This document shows positions 53,230 through 64,000 of a stretch of DNA of 64,000 bases, in pieces. The position numbers and the translations under genes were made by a program. Each line of letters starts with the position of its first letter. Within the stretch, counting starts at the first letter, position 1. The notes under the pieces are model-generated. The model saw only the letters and a program-made list of their open reading frames with translations, searched no databases and was not told the DNA's origin. The DNA comes from Eledone cirrhosa (Eukaryota): assembly GCA_964016885.1 (NCBI GenBank), contig OZ024740.1:121272001-121336000 (forward strand), given 5' to 3'.

Positions 53230-54060
53230 TCACAAGAGACACGCACCCGGGAAAGTTTGACAACGCTATAAAAATGAATAAACGGACGAAAATCTCTATG
53301 AGAATCAATCAGAAGTCATGCCTGGATATTTTGTCAGAAACGTTCCAAACAAATGTACAATAAAGTAGCCAATGTTGGATCAAATATAATTACACCTACT
53401 TTAAAATATATGCTTTAGCAATCCAAGAACAGGATTTACCAACGAAATACCTGATGAACAAAATGAGATAGAGCCCACAGGCAAAACATTTAGATTCAGC
53501 AACCGCTGTAGACTGTGTAGAATATATATCGAGAGATTCACCCACATCATATGTAACGGTTCGAAGATGTCATACGGCACTATCTACTTGTGAGACATGG
53601 TATAATCGCCCAAAATCTCTAAAATACATTCCGCTGAAAGGATAGTCCTGAAGAATATATATACAGAAATATAGAGGGCATGATCACATATAATATGATA
53701 GTATACTAGTAGAATTTGCAAGTCAAAGCCACAAAACAATATAGACATAAGAAAGCAGATATAAAAATATGGGAGATTGAAAGGAAACTATGCATATGAA
53801 TGGAAAGCAACTGATCGGCAATGTTAGAAATTAGTAAAAAGAACACGAATGCCGAACTTTTGAAAAGCCTGCGCATACTTCACCCAGATTTTAATTTTAT
53901 ATTTGTATATATAATCATTATGATCGGCGCGTATTTTACTATCAAACTCAATCAATACAAATGTAGAGAATTTCGGCTTCACAGAATCAGAAACAACGCT
54001 GGTAATTAGGAAACTAAAAGCAGAATGCATTAATGAAATTATAAAAATATATCAAACAAT
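53230..54060 (+). pseudogene. Degraded 3' end of an R4/Dong-like (REL endonuclease) LINE
   Basis: YALAIQEQDLPTKYL..NRCRLC..E..THII.N(G)SKM..RH Zn-knuckle region, then SLRILHPDFNF..IMIGA. Confidence 0.6.
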
Positions 54061-54459
54061 CCAGAAATAATAACTGCATATACACTGGTATAGACACTGA
54101 AATATATATGTGCACATACCTCAAAATATATAAACCTACACATGCACCTCCCTCCACACACAAAGATTGACATACAAACATAATTACCTAGATGACATCA
54201 ACATTTTAATGAATTTTGATTACGTTACAACCCCACCCTGTCTCTCTATATCTTGCTCTTGCCGAGGGAAAAAAAAAACATTACACCAGAAAAAAATGCA
54301 TACGTGCATACATACATACATATGTGCATGTATTCATACTTACAAGCAAATCTAATGAAAATAACGAAAATATTTCGATCAAGCTACACATCTCTTGGTT
54401 GGAGTATGTTTACGCATCAAGTAGAGTAGTCAACATGCATACATATCTACATATGTACA

Positions 54460-54519
<60 letters not shown>

Positions 54520-54719
54520 CGCATACATTCATATTCACTTATATATATATATATATATAGAATTAGATAATTTGTATTCCAATGTTACTAAGTAGTTGCA
54601 TTGGATGGAGTCAACTGACGTCAGAGATTGCTCAACGTATAATAAAGTGTGTTTTAAAATCCGGAGAAAATATGGAGAAAAAATTTACGAAATGGAAATG
54701 CGGGTATATAGAATTTATT

Positions 54720-54836
54720 AGGTAACAATTGTTTCTATAGTGTATGAGTTACCTATACCTCGCTATTTGAATAATACACAAATATTATCAAAAACCGAAA
54801 GTACACTGTAAGCCAACACACCATGTCATCAGACCT
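54720..54836 (-). ncRNA. HHR with 90-nt stem II
   Basis: AGGT-CTGATGA-90 nt-GAAA-CAATTG-TT-ACCT. Confidence 0.72.
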
Positions 54837-55245
54837 TTGTATTAGAATGATATGAAAATATTTTATACACTAGATAAAAGATAAAGAAGGAGGTAGGAAG
54901 AGAAGGGGAAGAGGGAAGTGAGTAAGGTGGAGGGAGTCTTAGGGTTTAAGACTGTCAGACTAGTAGAGATTGTGAAGAGAGAATGTTTTGGCAGCAGTTA
55001 GCTTAATGAGGCGTGCTAAGGTTGGCTGGGAAGTAGATACTTCTAGTGGTGTTGTTCGGACAAAATTTAGTTACAGGGGCCAAGTGGTACAATGTCACAG
55101 ACAAGTTATTAGGGCTATTATAGAAGCAGGTTATTTCTAAAGGGGTCCAGAAAAACAGTGTTTAGTACTATTATTATAGAAAGCCATATCTAGTGTATAA
55201 ACATATAAGACAGAAATTTGCAAACGTTGGTGTAAAAAGGTAACA

Positions 55246-57513
55246 TTATATGCATTTAAAAAAAGAAAAAGTCGTTTTCAAACGATGGTTACAGTATAGA
55301 GAACGTTCAATTTTGCTGTTCAAAAGTTTGTTTACCGACGTTAAAATGCAGTATATCTCTAAATTGCATAACTTGTAGAATCGATGATTTTGCTGATATG
55401 CAGGCGCAGCTGCAATAATTTGCCAATCAAGGGAGAACGCTTGATTGTTCCTCCGAAGCTGCCAGGCTTTATCGGCGAGGGTTGTTACGGAGCGCATTTT
55501 CTCGTGCCTGATCGAAGATCGATGTTGGTATAGGCGAGCCTTGAAAGAAGTTGCGGTACATCCGACGTAATACCATTTGTTGGTCCCGGAATTTATTGTA
55601 CACCGGTAGACAATATTGCGTGCTAGGCACTGGTTATTCAGTGGGCACGTACCTGGTTTGGTGCAGTTACAACTATTTTTATGTTTTGCAGTAGAATCCT
55701 GGATAGTTTGGTGGGGTTGCGGTTGTGTGTTAGTGCGTTGCATGTTGCTATGCTGGTGCCCTGAGTCATTAGGGATGTACTTATTCAGTATTGCTGAGTT
55801 GAGTTTTCTAATTAGTTGTTCTATGTTAGGTGCAGTGGAGTATGAGAGTCTAATGGTGCGCGAGTTAAAGATTTTATAGTATTTATGTGAAGTTGTAAAG
55901 TGTTTATTGATTAGTGTATAGAATTGTGAGATAATCTTAGTGCTAATAGAAGAATTGTACACGGGGTTATACCATATGTACTCTCTACGTCTGACTCTAT
56001 TTGCTGGTTTGCACCTGTTAGTATGCCTATTGATGTGTGTGTGTGGTGCAATACTAGTTCGACTTAGATGTGTTTTATTCATAGTACTTATGTGGTTATC
56101 GTCTAGATATTCAATTTTCTCGCAGTAACCAGCTTTTCTAAGTGCGTCATTATAATATTCAGCATGCTTGTTGAAGGTCTGCAAATTAGACGACAGTCGG
56201 GAGATCCTTATGGATATATTTTTAGGGATAGATTTAATAATGGAATGAGGATGGTTCGATTTTACATTAACGTACTTAAGATTTTCATTAAGTTTGTGAA
56301 ATGGCTCTATATTACCGTTATTAAGGTTGAAGGTAACATCCAAGAAGTTGACCACCTTAAGATTGTGTTCAAAGGTAATATTAAGCCCTAGTTCTAAGAA
56401 AAGTTTCCTAATGTTTTTACGTCGCCTTTCTAGGTTTTGTTTGTTCATATTCTTGACTAATAGAAGTGTATCGTCGCGGTATATTCCGCCGTGGAGGTCC
56501 GTAAATTCGCTCTGGAGTCTATGGGCTATATAGATCCCAACCAAATCCGTGACCTCCGCCGAATCATTAGAACCCATCGTAATGTCGAATTCCGAGGGTC
56601 TATCCCTGCGAACCCAATAACTATTTTCAAAGTGCACTACTGTGCGTCTAGCTTCAAGTATAATATTAATTTCCTCGTTTGTGAGGTCCGAGTTAGTCTT
56701 AGCGAAAGAGAGGGCCTTATGCAGGGTTTCGGGTGAAATAAAGGAATAGTATTCATCTATATCGAATTGAATAAAATAAGATTTGTTTTTGTCCCTAATG
56801 TTATTGAACCATCTTATTGCCTGATGAGTATTATCCCATAATTTAATATCTACCTTAGCCTTAACTTGGGGGATAATACGATCTAATATGTACTTACTAA
56901 TCTTACCTATATCGGACTTTGAAGGACATATTAATCTAATTTTAGGGTTAGTATCGAAGTTATCCTTATGGTCCTTCAGATTAAAAGTCGGTGTAGCTGG
57001 GGATAGGGGTACCGTTCTGTCGTCAATTTTCAGTTTCCTAACAATATCACATGCTGCGTTATTAATGTTGGTTAGTGTAGTTGCGTTTGTTTTTTTGTAT
57101 TTCCTATGTAATTCCTTACGTATCAAATTGTTATATGTTTCTACATCCAGGGTGTATAGATTCGAAGTTTTGTCTGCCTTTATGATAATTCCTTTGGTAT
57201 TCCTTAGGTTGTTGAGTAGAGTTTTAATATCTCGTTGCAGTTCGTTTTTCCTTCCATTTGTAAATTTGATTCCGGTTATCATTTTCATTAAGTCCTGTTC
57301 GAAAGAATCCAAAAGAGGGTTAGAGGGTGGGTTTTTGTAGGATTTGAAACCAAACTTCTCGTTGTTGGTGTCCGAAGTTTGTGTAATCCTTTTCCGATCG
57401 AAGTGGAAGGCCTTCCATCTAATCCGCCGAATAAATTCGTTGGTCCTTTGTATCATACCAAGAATGTAATCCTTTTTACCCTGAATGGGTATGTTTTTTA
57501 AGGAATACCACAA
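55246..57513 (-). CDS. PLE reverse transcriptase + C-terminal GIY-YIG endonuclease (755 aa open frame)
   Basis: FIQFDI, ITMGS.DSAE, GIYRDD and VNFLDVT RT motifs; CNCTKPGTCPL linker; NIVYRC..YYVGCT..FKARLYQH endonuclease; likely true ATG at 57527 is 1 nt out of frame. Confidence 0.93.
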   Translation of the reverse strand: MWYSLKNIPIQGKKDYILGMIQRTNEFIRRIRWKAFHFDRKRITQTSDTNNEKFGFKSYKNPPSNPLLDSFEQDLMKMITGIKFTNGRKNELQRDIKTLLNNLRNTKGIIIKADKTSNLYTLDVETYNNLIRKELHRKYKKTNATTLTNINNAACDIVRKLKIDDRTVPLSPATPTFNLKDHKDNFDTNPKIRLICPSKSDIGKISKYILDRIIPQVKAKVDIKLWDNTHQAIRWFNNIRDKNKSYFIQFDIDEYYSFISPETLHKALSFAKTNSDLTNEEINIILEARRTVVHFENSYWVRRDRPSEFDITMGSNDSAEVTDLVGIYIAHRLQSEFTDLHGGIYRDDTLLLVKNMNKQNLERRRKNIRKLFLELGLNITFEHNLKVVNFLDVTFNLNNGNIEPFHKLNENLKYVNVKSNHPHSIIKSIPKNISIRISRLSSNLQTFNKHAEYYNDALRKAGYCEKIEYLDDNHISTMNKTHLSRTSIAPHTHINRHTNRCKPANRVRRREYIWYNPVYNSSISTKIISQFYTLINKHFTTSHKYYKIFNSRTIRLSYSTAPNIEQLIRKLNSAILNKYIPNDSGHQHSNMQRTNTQPQPHQTIQDSTAKHKNSCNCTKPGTCPLNNQCLARNIVYRCTINSGTNKWYYVGCTATSFKARLYQHRSSIRHEKMRSVTTLADKAWQLRRNNQAFSLDWQIIAAAPAYQQNHRFYKLCNLEIYCILTSVNKLLNSKIERSLYCNHRLKTTFSFFKCI

Positions 57514-57734
57514 TGATGTTTTTCCATTTCAAAGACGCGGGTTGATAGGTTGCTCGACTGTAAAGGAGTGTGAAGAATTAGATAATTTGTATTCCAATGT
57601 TACTAAGTAGTTGCATTGGATGGAGTCAACTGACGTCAGAGATTGCTCAACGTATAATAAAGTGTGTTTTAAAATCCGGAGAAAATATGGAGAAAAAATT
57701 TACGAAATGGAAATGCGGGTATATAGAATTTATT

Positions 57735-57851
57735 AGGTAACAATTGTTTCTATAGTGTATGAGTTACCTATACCTCGCTATTTGAATAATACACAAATAT
57801 TATCAAAAACCGAAAGTATTCTGTAAGCCAACACACCATGTCATCAGACCT
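57735..57851 (-). ncRNA. HHR with 90-nt stem II (upstream pLTR)
   Basis: Direct copy of 54720-54836. Confidence 0.72.
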
Positions 57852-59348
57852 TTGTATTAGAATGATATGAAAATATTTTATACACTAGATAAAAGATAAA
57901 GAAGGAGGTAGGAAGAGAAGGGGAAGAGAGAAGTGAGTAAGGTGGAAGGAGTCTTAGGGTTTAAGACTGTCAGACTAGTTGAGATTGTGAAGAGAGAATG
58001 TTTTGGCAGCAGTTAGCTTAATGAGGCGTGCTAAGTTTGGCTGGGAAGTAGATACTTCTAGTGGTGTTGTTCGGACAAAATTTAGTTAGAGGGGTCAAAG
58101 TGGTACAATGTCACAGACAAGTTATTAGGGCTATTATAGTAGCAGGTTATTTCTAAAGGGGTCCAGAAAAACAGTGTTTAGTACTATTATTATAGAAAGC
58201 CATATCTAGTGTATAAACATATAAGACAGAAATTTGCAAACGTTGGTGTAAAAAGGTAACATTATATGCATTTAAAAAAAGAAAAAGTCGTTTTCAAACG
58301 ATGGTTACAGTATAGAGAACGTTCAATTTTGCTGTTCAAAAGTTTGTTTACCGACGTTAAAATGCAGTATATCTCTAAATTGCATAACTTGGAGAATCGA
58401 TGATTTTGCTGATATGCAGGCGCAGTTGCAATAATTTGCCAATCAAGGGAGAACGCTTGATTGTTCCTCCGAAGCTGCCAGGCTTTATCGGCGAGGGTTG
58501 TTACGGAGCGCATTTTCTCGTGCCAAACCAGGTACGTGCCCACTGAATAACCAGTGCCTAGCACGCAATATTGTCTACCGGTGTACAATAAATTCCGGGA
58601 CCAACAAATGGTATTACGTCGGATGTACCGCAACTTCTTTCAAGGCTCGCCTATACCAACATCGATCTTCGATCAGGCACGAGAAAATGCGCTCCGTAAC
58701 AACCCTCGCCGATAAAGCCTGGCAGCTTCGGAGGAACAATCAAGCGTTCTCCCTTGATTGGCAAATTATTTCAGCTGCGCCTGCATATCAGCAAAATCAT
58801 CAATTCTGCAAGTCATGCAATTTAGAGATATACTGCATTTTAACGTCGGTAAACAAACTTTTGAACAGCAAAATTGAACGTTCTCCATACTGTAACCATC
58901 GTTTGAAAACGACTTTTTCTTTTTTTAAATGCATATAATGTTACCTTTTTACACCAACGTTTGCAAATTTCTGTCTTATATGTTTATACACTAGATATGG
59001 CTTTCTATAATAATAGTACTAAACACTGTTTTTCTGGACCCCTTTAGAAATAACCTGCTACTATAATAGCCCTAATAACTTGTCTGTGACATCGTACCAC
59101 TTTGACCCCTCTAACTAAATTTTGTCCGAACAACACCACTAGAAGTATCTACTTTCCAGCCAAACTTAGCACGCCTCATTAAGCTAACTGCTGCCAAAAC
59201 ATTCTCTCTTCACAATCTCTACTAGTCTGACAGTCTTAAACCCTAAGACTCCCTCCACCTTACTCACTTCCCTCTTCCCCTTCTCTTCCTACCTCCTTCT
59301 TTATCTTTTATCTAGTGTATAAAATATTTGCATATCATTCTAATACAA

Positions 59349-59465
59349 AGGTCTGATGACATGGTGTGTTGGCTTACGGCGTACTTTCGGTTTTTGATAA
59401 TATTTGTGTATTATTCAAATAGCGAGGTATAGGTAACTCATACACTATAGAAACAATTGTTACCT
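59349..59465 (+). ncRNA. HHR with 90-nt stem II (inverted pLTR)
   Basis: AGGT-CTGATGA-C-ATGGTGTG..TACACTAT-A-GAAA-CAATTG-TT-ACCT. Confidence 0.72.
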
Positions 59466-59511
59466 AATAAATTCTATATACCCGCATTTCCATTTCGTAA
59501 ATTTTTTTCTC

Positions 59512-59553
<42 letters not shown>

Positions 59554-59577
59554 CATACACACATATATATATATATA

Positions 59578-59665
<88 letters not shown>

Positions 59666-59922
59666 AATAATGGAGCTGCGGCGTTGCAAATGGGATACAT
59701 ATGAAAAAGTGAGTCCTTCATCAGTGACCCTCCAACCGTCCCAGGCATTTTAACGCTTTAAGGGCCATATACCTCAGGTTGGTGCGAACAACGGCTAAAA
59801 AAAGTCGTTGGGACACGTAAATAAAGAGAACATTAGGGTGAACAAACAAAATGGTTTAAGCAACAGAAAGTGAGAAGAAAGAGACATGTCCCAGATTTCT
59901 ATGAATATAAACTCGATAAAAT

Positions 59923-60075
<153 letters not shown>

Positions 60076-60079
60076 TATC

Positions 60080-61018
60080 TTTAAGTCGTTAGAAAGCCTC
60101 GACAATGCAAATGGGTAAATCTCCGGGTAACAAGGTCCGGTGGTGGAGAGAGAGATGTAAGTGGGTGTACGTTTAGATGCGTGGTGTGTATAATATGTGT
60201 GAGATGTGTAGAATGAAGGGAAGAGTATAAAGGATAAAAATAAAAATAAAAATAACAACACAAGGGAGAGTTACCTTGGGAGTGATTTAATAGTCCCTAT
60301 ATATTTCGGATTCACATCCATCAACTGGGGTTTTTTCCGGGGTGGGGGAAAAGGTTGTCTGTCGGACAACTCGGAACGCGTCTTTCGCTGTTTGTTGATT
60401 TGAATATCTCAGGTATTCGGCAGAGCGCGCGTGCGCGTTAAAATGGGGTCGGTCGTACAGAGGTCAGCGGCCGATGAGGCAGTGGGATGGCGCTAGCTGT
60501 CAGCCCATTCTCTGCCTGTTTGTTAAATGTTACTGTGTGTGTGTGTGCGTGTGTAGTTGTCTCGCTTGAGTGTGTTGTTGTCTTGTTCATCTGTATTGGC
60601 AGTGTAGTATGTTCGTATGGTGGAATGCTACTGTGTGTGTGTGCGAGTGTGTGTGTAGTTGTCTCGTTTGCGTGTGTGTGTGTGTGCGTGTGTTGTGCGT
60701 TGTTGCATCGCTTGTTAACTTAAATCAGCCATTTGATTTCGCTTCTCTCTGATTGGTTGTTTATTTGCGGTTGCAGTCGTTTGATAAAAAGCGCTTCCTT
60801 GATACGTAGCGTGCCGACGTTTCTTTCAGTCGCTAGAATTGTGACAATGGGCCTTCCGTCTTTGTTTCCGCATTTGTCTGTGTGTTTCCGGAAAGACGAG
60901 GCCCTGGTTTTAGTGTGTTCCTTGATCCGGATGTGCAAAGGTCGAATTGTGCTACCTATGTAGTATTGGTTGCACCTGTCACATTCTATCTTATACACGG
61001 CGTATGTGCGTAGGCAAC
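60080..61018 (-). mobile_element. 3' fragment of a Penelope/Poseidon-type PLE, sister subfamily of 27.8-31.1 kb
   Basis: VYKIECDRCNQYYIGSTIRPLHIRIKEH..FRKH..EALFIKRLQPQIN; pLTR homology; (TA)n flanks. Confidence 0.88.
60295..60330 (-). ncRNA. HHR-like motif with CAGUUGA core
   Basis: CCC-CAGTTGA-T-GGAT-GTGA-ATCC-GAAA-TATA-TA-GGG. Confidence 0.6.
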
Positions 61019-62134
61019 ATATATATATATGTGTGTGTGTATATGTGTTCGGGCGTGTATGTGCTTGCTCTACATATTATGACTTGATTTATATCATACT
61101 ACAGCCCAAGATGTTATTAGATGAATGAAGAGAAAGTGATCGTATTTGATATAGTAAATACCCACAAATCAGAGCTGACACATCGTGAGAGATAAAAAGA
61201 AATCTGTTATGTGAGAATGAATGTCGCCTTATTTTCTCTGATGAGAAACTTGGCTTGCAAGTAAAGTTAATTATGTTTTAAATGTTCTGAAATCTTATTG
61301 GCAATGCGATATGTTATTATTATATCAAAATATTATTGTGCAATAACAGTACTTCAGAATAAAATGAAACGTGTTGAAACCAGTTGAAATCTACGATAAA
61401 TTTTCAATGAAGGTTCAGGCTGTCTGGAATTGTTACTTTGATTAGTGTGTATTGTAATTATATCTACATTTTAAAATGGTTTAAAATCTTACCCTGTTAT
61501 GTGAAATTGAAAAAAAGAAGCTGAAAATGCTGCTGAAGGAAAGAGAATTATATTCATGTTTCCTTAAGAGCACAACTCCTTAATCTTTGAACGTTAAATT
61601 CTAGTGTGAACTTTCAGGTTAATAATTCAATTATCCGAATCCTAAATTGAATCTAAGTTTATAGGCTGTGTGCCAAAACACTAGGAATCAGTTTCAAATG
61701 AAAGAGCCATTCATATACGGAAAATTGCAGTGTAAAATTATTCAAATTTGTTCCAATTTCTAGCGATATTTCTTATGTCATTAAATGCATTTATTTTAAT
61801 GCAATGACGTTCCTACGTACACCAATATTAAAAATCTGTGTATGTCTTCCTCATTTTCTCCTACGATAAATCTCTCTCATTTACACATATTCAAAACTAT
61901 ACATAATCACATACACAAATATATTTGTTTATTTAATATACATTTTCAGATACAGCCGTATTCCTTATAGAATGAGTACTCTAGAACACATTCTTTAAAA
62001 CAGCACTTCTTACTTTATGGGAGATTGATGACCGAAATATTGAACGTAAAGTATTCTCTGTTCAGTTTATATTCTATCTTTTGTTGAAAGTTCAGGTTCC
62101 TCCCAGTATAATTCTCAAACAATGTTAATATATA

Positions 62135-62187
<53 letters not shown>

Positions 62188-63055
62188 GCATCTAAGCACT
62201 AAAATGTCACTATTATATTAAATGACAAATAAATAGCATAAGGATTAAAGATGTATCGGAGGAAGTCACCAATACCCTCAAAGATGTGAGAAGAGGGATT
62301 ATAAATTACTTGGTCAATAAAAACACAAAATGAGGTTTTCACGAGCACCTTCACATATAAATATCTGGATTATTATACACGTGGTTATGAATCCTTTCTA
62401 AAGTGTTAGTTTACTTCATCATTTCCAAGCAACATGATAGCACCTGCTTCTCATTCGAAAATCTATGATGGTCAATGCAGATTTTCATACTTAACGATTA
62501 TATTCAACAAATTAATTTCTGTATCATAAATCACAAAATGTTTTAGTATTTTTTGCCTTAAATTTTCCTTGCGTTTATATGCTGGTGATAATATTATACG
62601 TCAGCCATCCATTTATGTAGATATATATATATAAAATAATAAATGCATGTACACATACATATGCATTCATACATACAATCACATACACATAAACACACAA
62701 GCACACAAATTCACATACATGCATATACATACATATACTTTTTTTTTCAAAGCGGCCGCTTGCACATTTATTTGTTCACTGGAATATTCTATCCGTTTCC
62801 TAAGCTATTACTTATAGCGACCGCCTATGTTTACAATTACTTTTTCTGCATCTGAGATTCCTACATTTTCTATGAATTTCATAAAGTTAGTTTTATACAA
62901 TTTCGTATATATATATATGTTTCTCCCAGGTTTAATCGGGGGTAACCACAGTAAATAAAATACTCAATACGTAGCAGAGTATAAATATTTAATATAGAAA
63001 TGGCTTCCACAGGACTAGAACTGTTTGATTTGGGAGAAATCACCATATATATGTG

Positions 63056-63153
<98 letters not shown>

Positions 63154-64000
63154 GCGCGTGTGTGTGTGTGGGTGTTTGTGTGCCCGCATGTGTGTATGAA
63201 TTCTCTTGTTTACGAAGTTTGTTATGCGATATTGAAAAAAGATATTGCTTAAGGATGAAATGCTAGGCAAATTCCTTCTTATCATTGCTAAATATTAAGA
63301 GTAGTCGGTTAATTTTGACTTTATATAGACCCCAATATATCGAATTAGGTTTCGGTCATATTAACCAATAATATTGAAAATGTCCGTGCCAATTGGTACT
63401 TAACTCTCCAGTTTCAAATTACAATAGTATTAAAAATAGATTGAGATGACAATAATAGAAGTACATTCGAAAACAGCAGCAGCTGCACTGTAAGTATCAA
63501 TAATTATAACACGAAACAGGGAATTAGCAATACTATGAGCCTCAATATATGAGCCGTTTCAAATATAAATCAAAGTGAAATGAAAATGCTGGAACGAAAT
63601 GAACGTATTGGAACGATATGCATTCTATTTATTCTGAACAACAGTTACTTAATTATTACATCTAATTATTGTCTCACTGTCTCTTATTGATCAAACGCTA
63701 ATTAGAAAATCAGACATTATGGTTGTTTGTTTGACAGTTGTATGAATGATTATTAACTGGTATTTTTATTTTCCTTGTTTCAAGTCGTGTAGGGCAAAAC
63801 ACACGTATACTCTTACAATAAAAACTTATGTTTTCACTCTTTTCTTATCAACATGTCAGGATTACATGATGTAATTTGAAATAGAGTTATCTCCCCGTAT
63901 TCAGCAAATATGGAGCTATTACGGCATAGTGACAGGAAATGTGACACAGGAAATTAGGATCCCAAATTGAAGATATTCTTGAGATGTTCCTCGATTATCG

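Larger units (their letters stand above)
54559..59513 (-). mobile_element. Near-complete PLE (probably Hydra clade): 3015-bp unit + upstream partial tandem (57574-58523) + inverted copy (58523-59513)
   Basis: 54559 repeats at 57574; inverted third pLTR; both ends in (TA)n; HHR in each pLTR. Confidence 0.93.

Overview
AT-rich, microsatellite-laden eukaryotic DNA with no confident host gene; the tRNA-derived SINE family and repeat make-up suggest an octopus/cephalopod (inference). It holds a near-intact Penelope-like retroelement (PLE; RT + C-terminal GIY-YIG, 54.6-59.5 kb, probably Hydra-type), several truncated or inverted PLEs, one full-length but decayed Helitron (38.5-44.7 kb), a non-autonomous Helitron, Tx1-, RTE- and R4-type LINE fragments, a DD37D (maT) mariner remnant and about ten SINEs. 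The main signal is at the RNA level. By eye I find about 25 type-I hammerhead ribozyme (HHR) motifs from a dozen or more unrelated families, nearly all in (TA)n-anchored inverted or tandem repeats. They include non-coding retrozyme-like monomers of about 311, 426-446 and 689 nt, two of which have insertion junctions at the predicted self-cleavage site. There are also HHRs with 60-96-nt stem II inserts and a shared GAAACAATTGTH stem III, and recurrent core variants (U3-A8, CAGUUGA, CCGAUGA, half-hammerheads). All folds were done by hand, and none is tested for activity.
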